From Chiloscyllium plagiosum (lineage: Eukaryota), in assembly GCF_004010195.1 (NCBI RefSeq), contig NC_057718.1, forward strand, positions 37,809,592 to 37,873,591: a stretch of DNA of 64,000 nucleotides, in the 5' to 3' direction. The position numbers and the translations under genes were made by a program. The notes under the pieces were generated by a model that was not told the origin of the DNA, did not search any database, and worked only from the letters and a program-made list of their open reading frames with translations. Shown here in pieces: positions 26,664 through 38,049 of this stretch. How positions within the stretch are numbered: the first letter of the stretch is position 1; the number at the start of each line of letters is the position of its first letter.

Positions 26664-27949
26664 CTGTGAAAATCAAAGATCCAATACTCAATTGTATTAA
26701 ACATCAACAAAGTGGAATTACAAAAATAATTATATTTGGATAAACCACAGTAGTGATTATGAAACTAAATTTGACATTGAACCACATCGAGATAAAAGGA
26801 CTGAAGTGGGCATCCGGTCAACCAGCATATTGATGGTGAGTGATTCGACAATGGTAATATCATTGATTGTCATGATGGAAGTGTGCAATCTCCATTGTTG
26901 GTGATGATTACTGTCAATTTTCAATCTTACCAATCCAAACCTGGATACTATGCAAGTCGTTTTGCTTGTGGGCATGGACTGCTACAATATCTGTGGAACT
27001 GAGAATAAAACAATCACAGTCTAGGTTTAAAGGAGGGTCTTAAAGCAGACAGAAGTGAGGAACCAGAGGAGTTTAAGGAGGGAATTTTGGAACTTAGAAA
27101 CTTGGCAACTAAGGGCACAACCTTCAATGATGAAACTAAGAAAATCAGAGAGCTCAAGGGATTATAGGACAAAAGAGGGTTACAAAGATGTCAATTCGAG
27201 CTGATCAAAAATCTTGTGACAATTGTTTGAAATGTGATGATAAGCACTGCCTAGCTGCTCTGGAGCTTCACTCTGGCATATGCGTCTCTGTCACATTTTA
27301 TGCAGAAGACGACAGTGGACTGAAAATGTTCAGGATTTACTGGTCTCTTTTTGTCTGAGCCATCATCTCCACGAGGTGAGTTTTCTATTTCTGAAATGAT
27401 AACTCATGACACTAAAATAGCCCCCACACGTGCAGATAAAGCTTGTGATGTCAGCTGGTTGCAATAGACTACAGGAATCATCTGCACATACACCACTAAT
27501 GGCACCGTTCCTTTGCCATACTCACATCACCCTACATTGCTGCCCAACCCTCTCCAACTGCCCACGGCACAGGGATAGGCCCTTTCTGGAGCCAGGTGTT
27601 CATGTCTGAGGGGTAGCTGCTCCCTCCATCTCCCAATCTGCTGCTCCCCCTCACCATCTCTTCATCCTGGTTGCAGGCTACCGATTGATGGCTGCTGGAA
27701 TAGTGCTTCTGCTTGAACATCCCTGTTTCAGCCGCCATTCAAAGCCTCCAAAATCTGACCCCTGTTTTTCACACTCAGTGTGGGATATGATTCAGGCCAT
27801 TGAATCCTGGATCACAGGAACCTACCAGCGGCACTAACTTTGATACTGGTTGCAGCTTTCCAAATTTTAAGAATAATGTCAGATGCTTTCTTGCACATGC
27901 ATTCTTTTTGTACCACCTAGAGGTAATGGTTGCAGTAATCACATCCTAC

Positions 27950-28255
27950 TATGCACCAAAAAAAGCATTAGAGGGAGAAGCAGCTTAATTTAGAAGATGA
28001 GCTATGGCAGGGCGGCATCAAATCCTATGAGCTTTACAGCGATTCAAATTGGGTTCCTCCCACATCTCCAACTGTTTATTGAAGTCAGTGATGACTTTCT
28101 CCACCTTTGTTTCCAATAAAGCTGTTCCTTTGCCAATAGGCCTGTTGCTTTAGTGATTCCTTCATACATGCCCCTAATATTTGTGTCTTTGGATAGTCTT
28201 GCAAAGTTGCAATTAACAGTTATTGGCATTCTGCCAAACAGTCTCTCAGTCTTCT
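27950..28255 (-). mobile_element. RTE-clade LINE relic
   Basis: ORF 28044..28229 reads DTNIRGMYEGITKATG, matching the NIRGMYEGIKKA.G linker of RTE ORFs. Confidence 0.65.
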
Positions 28256-28259
28256 CACT

Positions 28260-28570
28260 CTAGGTTAGCATGAAAACAGGCCATTTGGCTCTACAAGTCC
28301 ACACCGACCCTCCAAAGAGTAATCTACCCAGACCCATTACCCTACATTTATCATGAAGTAATGCACTTAACACCATGGGCAATTTAGCTGTCCAATTCAC
28401 CTGACCTGCACATCTTTGGATTGAGGAAGGAAATCGGAGCACCCAGAGGAAACCCATGCAGGCACAGGGAGAATGTGCAAACTCCATACAGACAGTCACC
28501 GAGGCTAGAATTGAACCCGGGTCTCTGGTGCTGAGGCAGCAGAGCTAACCACTGAGCCACTGTGCCGCCC
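28260..28570 (-). mobile_element. HE1/V-SINE-type SINE
   Basis: Reverse complement of the 465-796 family, head GGGCGGCACAGTGGCTCAG. Confidence 0.9.
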
Positions 28571-28914
28571 TCTACTCTCTTTTGAAATTAATAGGAGTTA
28601 GAGCATTTGGCTTTAGTGATTGGTTCCATTATAGTGATTGAAAACAACCCTTTTTTATAATTTTAAATTATTTTCAAAATTGCTTCTGCCTCATTGTTCT
28701 TCTCTTGAACCCAGGTCTTAAATCTCCAAGTGTTCAGGATGTCAAAGTAGCAAGCAAAGTGAGTTGAGAAATAACTTAAAACTGTAAAAGCTCCAGCATT
28801 TCTGAACAATTGGAGCTCGCACTTCCAACTGTTGAAGCTCCAGCTTCAGAGTTAATCTAGATCTTAAATAGGAATGCAAATCCAGAAGGAAGTGGCAAAG
28901 GTTTGGGTCAGTAA

Positions 28915-29035
28915 GGGAGGCTGCAATTTGGAGGTCAGGAAATGGGGAAGAGGCCACAACTCAGAGGTTGGGATTGGGGAAAGGCCACAATTCAAAGGGT
29001 TGGGGAGTGGGGAGAGGCCACAACTCAAAGTGTCC
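28915..29035. repeat. Degenerate G-rich minisatellite (3-4 units of ~33-36 nt)
   Basis: Repeated TGGGGA(A/G)AGGCCACAA(C/T)TCA core. Confidence 0.7.
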
Positions 29036-29959
29036 AGATGCAGGGTCCAAAGCATAGAGGGTCCGCAGTTACCTATATCAGGAAGCAGGACTGTGTACAA
29101 GGAGGTACCTGTACTTAAGTGCAAGTTAAATTTGTCTTTCTTATTTAACTTACTATCCTTTTAAAATTATTTCTTTAGGGATTTTGCAATATAAAATATT
29201 TCAACTTGACGGCATAACATTTTAATTTTTTTCTAATAAGGCAGAACCTAGCTACATTAAAAGTCTTGATTTTCAGAAATGCTAACACAACTTTAAGTGA
29301 GAACTCACTGCAAGCTCTATTTTGTTTTTGCACTTCCTGTAGAAATGCTGAAGGATGCCTGCTCAATTGTGATTACTTTTTTAAGTTGAGGAAGGCAGCA
29401 TTTTTACTTTAAAAGCAAGAAAACCTTCAAAGGTTGCATCCCAGCCTTGGTGCTAACCAGGGTCATCTGTATCAGTCAGTGTTGAGCCAGTATCCACCTG
29501 TATCCCATAGGTTGATGTGATGCATCTATAATGTGTGAGTGAAGAGAGTTACCATGCATTTCATGGTTTGCTTTGCATTTTTAACCTATATCCATGTACA
29601 CCACTGAGAAGCAGTAGTATGAAAACTGAGGCCGAATGTTTAGGTCTCTTCCTGTCAACACAAAGCCTCTCCAATGACTAGCCCCTAGCTGTACCTCCTC
29701 ATGATGGCCGATGAAAACTGGGTCTCTTGCACTTATCTAAAGTTGAAGAGAAACGTGGAGAAAATTGGCACCTAGACATGCAATGTGCAAGACCAGCAAA
29801 AGAATTATCACATCCCATTTGACAGCCACCACTCACACAAGGCAGACAATACCTAATTAGAAACATATTGTTAATTTATCTGCTTCAGCGACTGCTTGCT
29901 CAACAAGTGAAAGGAATCCATTACACCAAACAAACAATAAAACAAACTCAAAGAAACAA

Positions 29960-30063
29960 GATGCCTACTCATCAGTTGGCAAGGTGGAACATCAGGGCCA
30001 TATGCAAGAAATGGACAAATTGTTTGGATCTTGCTGATAACATGTGGAAGATAGCTGTAGTCA
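29960..30063 (+). mobile_element. RTE-clade LINE, endonuclease N-terminus (continues at 34192-34420)
   Basis: QLARWNIRAIC...WKIAVV here and DRLNIEVNSLQETRL...KHYTFIYLGK at 34192 onward match consecutive parts of the RTE APE domain (WNVRT...RLNIDIAALQETRL...YTFFW.GK). Confidence 0.65.
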
Positions 30064-30177
30064 AATGGACCTTACATGGAATTTACAAAAACATTTGAAA
30101 AGGTCCTTCATAGTGGGCTGGTCCAAAAGTTTAAGTTACATGGGATTCTGGTGATTGAGATGACATGGTTGATTCAG

Positions 30178-31327
30178 ATAAGTCCCCTGGGTCGGATGGG
30201 ATTTATCCTAGGATCCTCTGGGAAGCCAGGAAGGAGATTGCCGAGCCTTTGGCATTGATCTTTAAATCGTCATTGTCTACAGGAATAGTACCAGAAGACT
30301 AGAGGATAGCAAATGTGGTTCTCCTGTTCAAGAAGGGGAGTAGAGTCAACTCTGGTAATTATAGACCAGTGAGCCTTACTTCAGTTCTTGGTAAAGTGTT
30401 GGAAAAGGTTATAAGAGATAGGATTTATAATCATCTAGAAAAGAATAATTTGATTAGGGATAGTCAGCACGGTTTTGTGAAGGGTAGGTCATGCCTCACA
30501 AACTTTATTGAGTTCTTTGAGAAGGTGACCAAACAGGTAGATGAGAGTAAACCAGTAAGTGTGAGGTGATTCACTTTGGTCGGAGTAACCGGAATGCAAA
30601 GTACTGGGTTAATGGTAAGATTCTTGGTAGTGTAGATGAGTAGAGAGATCTCAGTGTCCATGTACACAGATCCTTGAAAGTTGCCACGCAGGTTGACAGG
30701 GTTGTTAAGAAGGCATACAGTGTTTTAGCTTTTATTAATAGTGGGATCGAGTTCTGGAACTGAGGTTATGCTACAGCCGTACAAAACTCTGGTGCAGCCG
30801 CACTTGGAGTATTGTGTACAGTTCTGGTCACTGCATTATAAGAAGGATGTAGAAGCTTTGGAAAGGGTGCAAAGGAGATTTACTAGGGTGTTGCCTGGTA
30901 TGGAGGGAAGGTCTTACGAGGAAAGGCTGAGGGACTTGAGGCTGTTTTCGTTAGAGAGAAGGTTGAGAGATGACTTAATAGAGACATCTAAGATAATCAG
31001 AGGGTTAGATAGGGTGGACAGGGAGAGCCTTTTTCCAAGTATGGGGACGGCGAGCACGAGGGGGCATAGCTTTAAACTGAGGGATGATAGATATAGGACA
31101 GATGTCAGAGGTAGTTTCTTTACTCAGAAAGTAGTAAGGGTATGGAATGCTTTCCCAGCAATGGTAGTAGATTCGCCCACTTTAAGTACATTTAAGTCGT
31201 CATTGGACAAGCATATGGACGTACATGGAATAGTGTAGGTTAGATGGGCTTCAGATTGGTATGACAGGTCTGCGCAACATCAAGGGCTGAAGGGCCTGTA
31301 CTGCGCTGTAATGTTCTATGTTCTATG
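30178..31327 (+). mobile_element. Young CR1 LINE with internal deletion of the RT core
   Basis: NYRPVSLTSV and QHGFVKGRSCLTN.IEFF are joined near 30555 directly to KCEVIHFG-like sequence; tail (TTCTATG)n. Confidence 0.92.
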
Positions 31328-31329
31328 GT

Positions 31330-32790
31330 GACAAAAGAAAAACCAAAGCATTGTGGATGTTGAAAATCAAACAAAAGCAGAAATTGCTGGAAAACTCATC
31401 AGGTCTGGCAGCATCTGTGGACAGAAAGCAGAGTTAACATTCTGAGTGGAGCCAGAGAAAGAGAACAACAGTAAGGCAGACAAAGGAATGGGTAAAGGTC
31501 AGCTTGGGAGAATCAATAGCTGCTTATGGGGACCATTAGTGGCTGACAATGGGTTGGTTGTGGCAGCAGCCTATATAATGACAAGGTTTGGTATATGGGG
31601 GTTGAGGTAAGGACAGAGGAGAACATGTTTAGACCCTAAAATTATTGAACTCGATATTGAGTCCTGAAGACTGCAGGATTCCCAAGTGGAAAATGAGATG
31701 CTGTTCTTCCAGCTTCCACCGACCTTCGCTACAGCAAGTCCGAGGCAGAGATGTTGGCCAGGGAACATGGTGGTGTGTTGAAGTGGCAGACAAAAGGAAG
31801 CTCAGGGTAATTTTTTGCAGACAGTATGTAGGTGTTCTGCAAAGCAGTAATTCAGCCTGTGTTTCATCTCCCCATTGCAGAGCAGACCATATTGTGAGCA
31901 GTGAATACAACAGACTAGATCAAGTGAAATGCAGATAAATCATTGCTTCCCTTGAAGGTTTGTCCAGGGCCTTGCATATGGAGGAGTGAGGAAGTAAATG
32001 GACATGTGTTACACCTACTACAATTGCATGGGAAGACGCAGTGGGAGGCATGAGGAGGTGTTGGGAGTGGAGGAGTAGACCAAGTGACCTGGAGGTTATG
32101 ATCCCCGTGGAATGCTGACAAAGGAGGGGAGGGAAATGTATGTATGGAAGTGGCAGCCCTGTGCAGGTGGTGGAAATGGCACCCAATGATCTTTTGGATG
32201 TGGATGCTGATGGATGGTAAATGAGGACCGGGGGGGGGGGGGGAAGGGTGTCATTTCAGTGTTGTGGGAGGGAAGAGAAGGGATGAGGGTGGGACATGGG
32301 CCAGGCACAGTCGAGGGCACTGTTAACCACAGTGATAGGAAATCCCCAGTTGAGGCAGAAGGTGGACATGTCAGGGGCCCCTTTGTCGGGCTTGCATCAT
32401 TGGAACAAATGCGACAGAGACAGAAAATCTGGGAGAATCGAGCTGAGTCTTTACAAGAAGCAGAGATTGAGAATGTATAGTGAAGACAACTGCGAAAGTC
32501 AGTGTGTTTGTAGTGCCTATTCCAAGCAATGGAAACAGAGATGTCAAGAAAAGGAAAGAAGTCAGAGATGGACCAAAAGAAGGGGAAAGCAGGGTGGAAA
32601 CTGGAAGTGAAATTGATTAACTTTTCCAATTCTGGACAAAAGAGGGAAGCAGCGACGATGTCATCAATTAACTAGAGAAAGAGTTATGGGTGGGAGCCCA
32701 AGTAGGATCAGAACAAGAAAAGTTCCACATAACGCACAAAGTATGAGGCATAACTGGGGCTCATACGGGTACCAATGGCCACATCTTAGA
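31330..32790 (-). mobile_element. Decayed Penelope-like element (Neptune-like RT C-terminus, GIY-YIG and terminal repeat)
   Basis: FPFLDISVSI, YKHTD, CKDS..FSQ...L.RICS and CNTCPFTSSL..QGP in minus-strand ORFs; terminal repeat AGATGCTGCCAGACCTG at ~31400. Confidence 0.85.
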
Positions 32791-33034
32791 CCTGAAGGAA
32801 GTTTTGTACACAGAGGGAGGTAGGTGCATGGAACCTGCATGGATAAGTTAGCAAAGTTTAACAGGCATTCAAACAGACACATGAATGGTCAGAGAATAGA
32901 GGAATACAGACCATATGCAGGTAGATGGGATTACTTTACAGTAGCATCATGGGTAATACACATATGGTGGATCGAACAACCTGTTCCTAAGCTGTACCAT
33001 GTTCTATGACTTGAAAACTAGAAGAGTTGTGGAT

Positions 33035-33335
33035 AGATTAGATTCCCTACAGTGTGGAAACAGGCCCTTCGGCCCAACCAGTCCACACCGACCCTCCAAA
33101 GAGCAACCCACCCAGACCCATTTCCCTCTGACTAATGTACCTAACACTATGGCCAATTCACCTGACCTGCATATCTTTGGACAGTGGGAGGAAATCGGAG
33201 CACCCGGAGGGTACCCACGCAGATATGGGGAGAATGTGCAAATTCCACACAGACAGTCACCCAAGGCTGGAATCGAACCTGGGACCCTGGTGCTGTGAGG
33301 CAGCAGTGCTAACCACTGCACCACCGTGCTGCCCC
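33035..33335 (-). mobile_element. HE1/V-SINE-type SINE
   Basis: Same family as 465-796, reverse complement. Confidence 0.92.
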
Positions 33336-33339
33336 ATAG

Positions 33340-34191
33340 TGAGGAAAGCTTTCAATGAACACAACACAATATAAAGCAGCTGGAAAGTTTGACAGAGAAA
33401 TGGCAGTTTAATCTGAACAGGTTTGAACTAATGCATTTTGGGAGGTCAAATGCAAGAGAAAAGTATACCGTAAATGGCAAGACTTTCGGAGTATTCATAC
33501 ACAACGGGATCTTGGGTGCAAATACCTGCAAGTGATAACATAGTGGATGAAATAGTAAAAAGGCATACACCATGTTTGCCTTCATCAGTTAGGACATTCA
33601 GTATAAAAGTTGGCAAGTCACGTTGCAGCTGTATAAGACTTTAGTTAAGCCACGTTTGAAGTACTGCATGCAGTTCTAGTCGCCACATTATAGGAAGGAT
33701 TTGGAGGCTCTGGAGAGCATGCAAAAGTGATTTATCAGTTTGTTGCCTGGATTGGAGTACGTTAGTTATACGGAGAGGTTGGACAAACTTGGACTATTTT
33801 TGCTAGAGCATTGGAAGCTGAGGAATGAACTGATAGAAGTATATAAAATTATGAGCGATATGGATCAGGTGAATAGTTTCAGTCTTTTTCCTAGGATGGA
33901 AATCTCAAACACTAGGGGGCACAGGCTTAAGGTGAGAGGGAAAAAGTTTAAAGGAGATATACAAGCAAAGTTTCTTTTACACAGAGCATAGTAGATGCCT
34001 GGAACGAACGTCTAGGGGAGGTGGTATGATCGCAATGTTTAAAAGGCATTTAGACACATGCACAGGCAGGGAATAAAGGGATGTGGACCATGTGTTGATA
34101 GGGAGATTAATTTAGAAAGGCATCATAGTTGGCTCAGACATAGTGGGCTGAAGGACCACTATTCCTGTGCTATATTGTTTTATGTTCTATG
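33340..34191 (+). mobile_element. Older CR1 LINE 3' portion
   Basis: YTERLDKLGLF.LE..KLR..LIEVYKIM; tail TTTATGTTCTATG. Confidence 0.88.
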
Positions 34192-34420
34192 TTGACAGGC
34201 TGAATATTGAAGTAAATTCCTTACAAGAGACCAGGCTCACCAAGCACAGATCACCTAAAGTAAAACATTACACGTTCATCTATTTGGGCAAGATACACTT
34301 TACTCTCAATAAGTGAAGACACTTTCTAACTCCACCCCTCTCCATTCGCCCTGCAGCGCAAACACAGTCAGCCCTATGTGTATCAACAGTCCAAGTGTAT
34401 GCTCCAAATAGAGTGACAAA
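34192..34420 (+). mobile_element. RTE-clade LINE endonuclease fragment (continuation of 29960-30063)
   Basis: DRLNIEVNSLQETRLTKHRSPKVKHYTFIYLGK then SVYAP-like sequence near 34395. Confidence 0.7.
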
Positions 34421-35072
34421 GTTCAGATGGTTGGGAATAAAAAAGAATAGTCTGTAAATGTCTAGGAGTCTACAGGAGTCAGTATTTCAAGGGAAGACAA
34501 TAGACAAAAGAATACCTTTGAACACACATGCAAGCCAGTATTGAGTTATTCACATTTATTATGTTGAGACTAATCTGTATTGTTTTGGGCATTAAAACCA
34601 TCACAAAACTCAGGAAAACCTTTTTAGAAGCTTCATTGAAATGCAGAGTTCAGCAGTCTGTTTAATTAACACTGACTATACCAACAGCTAAATAGATTCT
34701 ATCTCCTTTTGAATACTGGCAATAATATCTATCAATATTGTTATATCATAAGTTCTGAGCAAGGACACTGGACCCGAAACATTAAGTCTGATTTCTCTCC
34801 AGAGATGCTGCCACATCTGCTAAACTTTTCCTGCAATTTGTTTTGCTTGTGGTTGTTATATCACTAGTTTGACTTTAACTGTCACTATTAATATTGATCA
34901 GAAAATCACAAACATAATAAGGGGTCAATTCTTTTGCTTTAAATATTTTATATTATACTGTTCAGATAAACTTAATGTAAGACTATTTGACAAATCAATA
35001 AAATTTCATGAATGCGTTAATCACCAATCTGGAAGCATTAAAATTCACAATGGTAAATATAAAAATTCTTAC

Positions 35073-35121
35073 TTCTTGACTACCAGGTCCATGAAGAAAA
35101 TCATTCAATGCCTGTACATCA
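35073..35121 (-). CDS. BICRAL: BICRAL coding exon 2 (DVQALNDFLHGPGSQE)
   Basis: ctttttcag|T GAT GTA CAG GCA TTG AAT GAT TTT CTT CAT GGA CCT GGT AGT CAA GAA|gtaag. 49 nt, completes phase 2; matches the D.QALN.FLHG motif of BICRA/BICRAL. Confidence 0.94.
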
Positions 35122-35760
35122 CTGAAAAAGAATTTTTTTAAAGTAAATCAATTAAAACCATTTAATTCTTTATACATGATACAATTACAATTAATTTCCA
35201 GGATGGAAACATGTTGACACTTGCTTTATAAAAAAAATGAACTTTATGAATACTTTTTATCAACTTGATGCTATTGCAGACTATACTCAACCCAATGTAA
35301 TTGTACAAATTTAAAATAAACTTTCACCTAGTTACTAATGCAGACTTAAGTCTAGTATTTTAGTTTCGCTATGAAAAGGAGGCATAATAAGTGGTCCAAT
35401 GAATTCATACCATAAAGGAGTGAAGTTTTTTATCACAGAATGACTAATACAAATTCAGAAGTGTTTCAACCAGAGCATGTTTGTGATTATTTTAGTAATG
35501 ACAATAATACAAATTAGTACTTTAGCTACTTTTGAGATAGGTGGTTTTGGGTCAGGACCCTGACATTGAGGTGAAATACAGGTTGAGATCCCACTATGTG
35601 CCAGAAACAGCAATCTGACAATGATGGTTCTGAAATTTTATAAATAGTAGCCAAAGCACATGCTCACTATTCAATTAAATAGTGGACAGATTCTCAACAC
35701 TAGGCAGCCAAAGGCCCTCCAGTGTGGAAGGAGCTAAACACTGCTACGGTCTTTTAATAA

Positions 35761-35977
35761 CAGGCAGTTCTTCTATAATGTGATGGTTGCATTCTTGTGT
35801 GATCCCACGCTATATAAAAATTGTGCAATTAAGAATAGCACTTAAAGTGTTGGCGATGCAAACATGTTATAGCCAATACCTGTTTTAAATGTTTGCGCTT
35901 TAGAAGCATCCCCTATTTGTCAATCACGTTACAGCCAATTCACGTTGACAAAATGTGCATTATAGCAGAACAACCTG
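35761..35977. mobile_element. Tigger/pogo-like MITE
   Basis: TIRs CAGGCAGTTCTTCTATAATG...CATTATAGCAGAACAACCTG followed by TA; related to 17998-18224. Confidence 0.72.
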
Positions 35978-36799
35978 TACTTAACTTGGCTACCCAATAC
36001 TTGTTGGCAGGTCACAATTCTGCCTCCTATCCAGGAGTACTGTGTGGGAGCAGAATAATGTCTGCAAATCAGCCACTGATGTGAAATCATATGCCCACCT
36101 GCCTCAGCTCCTGCCTATACATCAGGGTCAAAATCCTGCCCATGGATAGGAGGTCAGTTTGAATTTTTTTTTACAGAAAATAGATGATTGCAATGAAATT
36201 GAATGGATGTTTATCTAAAACAAGCCAAAAATGTGGCTGAATAAAGTCCAAACTTTTTTTCTACAGCACTCTGAACATTAAAGATACTTCTTTAGAGATT
36301 GCACTAGAAAAAAAACTTAATTTAGAAGCAAATATGAAGAGTTTGATTTTGTTTTTCAATGTTTTAAAAATCTTTCCACTCATACATCAGTGAAGAAGGC
36401 TTTGGAGATTATACCAGTTACATGCCTTTGTCTATTGAGCTGTATAATTAGCCACTATAAGTCTGAAAGAACAAAACTGGAATGTCCTCTAATTTCCCCT
36501 AACTTTTTGTCAAAAATGTCTCACCTGTGCTGTACAACTCCTCACCGCCCCAACTTAAGACTCAGAAATCAGGAATGAACTGGGGAATTTAAAGAGAACA
36601 AACCCTTATTGTGACATGATGTAATGGCACACTAATCTACTGTAATCAAGATTCCAAGAAACAAAGGTCCGAAACACACAGAACGAATTAATGATTGAGA
36701 GCAGAATAGGACACAAAAAAAAATTGCAGGTGATAGTTTAACAAACCAGACACAAGTAAAGAAAAATTGATTGTAGAAGTTAGAGAAAAGGAAAAGAGG

Positions 36800-37760
36800 A
36801 TCATAGAATCATAACAGCATAGAAGGAGAACATTCAGTCCACTGTGTCCATGTGCCTGCAAGAACAACTCAGCTAGTACCACACCCTTGTCTCTTCCCCA
36901 GCGTCCTGCAAATGTATTCATCTCAGATAACTATCCAATTCCATTATGAAAGCAGAGATTGCATCTGTCGCTACCACATCCAGATGCACATTCTAGTTCC
37001 GAACGCTCAATGTATAGAAATATTTTGTCTTATGCCACCATTTATTCTTCAACCAAAGGTAAGTTTCTAACCTGTACATATTATGAGTTTTAAAAGGCTC
37101 TATCTAATACCCATTCAAAGTTGCCTTCTCTAAGGAGAAAAGCACAGTTTCATCAAGTTATCCACATAACTGATGTCGCTCATCACTGGAACCATTTCAG
37201 TAAATATATTCTGCACCCTTTCTCAGGATTCCACTCCTCCCTAAACTCCAGTTAGACATAATACTCCAGTTGTGAGCATGCCAATGATTTATAAAGGATC
37301 TTTATAACCTCTTGCTTTTATACTCTGCACTATTAGTTATAAAGATTTGTGGACTTTCTTAATCACTTTCTCAATCTATCCTACCATCTTCACACATACC
37401 CACAAGTTTCTGTTCTTTCACCCCTTTAGAAATGTACTTATCATTTTATATTGCCTGTCCTTTCTTCTGACCAAAATGTATCAGTTTGCATTAAATTTGA
37501 CCTGTCATGTGTCCACCAATTTCACCAGCCCAGTTATGTTCTCCTCATGTCTATCATCATTCTCAATGTTCACTAAACTTCCAATTTTAGTGTCGAGACC
37601 CAAATTAGTTATTACATTGTACCATAAAAGGCAGTAACCTTAGTATTGACACAACTGTATATTTTCTTTCAGTCCAAAAAGCAACCATTCACCACTATAC
37701 CATTCCCTGTTATTTATCCACTTTCATATCCATGTTAAACTTGACCCTGTTGTTTGTAAT
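36800..37760 (-). mobile_element. Old CR1 LINE 3' portion
   Basis: ATCATAGAATCATA tail on the + strand followed by decayed antisense RT sequence. Confidence 0.75.
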
Positions 37761-38049
37761 ATATATATCCCGATCTGGAGAAAAATGTAGGTGGTTTGAT
37801 TAGTAAGTTTGTGGATGACACAAAGGTTGGGGAGCTGCAGATAATGAGGAGGATTGTCAAGAGCATACAACAGGAAAAAAGATAGGCTGGAGATTTGGGA
37901 AGAGAAATGGGAAATGGAATTTAATCTAGACAAATGAGAGGTGATGCAGGAGGGAAGTATTCAGTAAATTGCAGAACAGTTAGAGCACTAACATACAGTG
38001 GGACCTAGGCTTACAGGTCCACAGTTCCCTGGATAAGGTGGTCAAGTAG

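Noticed and set aside
28915..29035. Spaced direct repeats superficially like a CRISPR array
   Set aside because: Only 3-4 degenerate units with similar spacers in a vertebrate intron, no cas genes; a minisatellite.
32230..32243. Poly-G run
   Set aside because: Homopolymer expansion within a decayed Penelope fragment; no further support for function.
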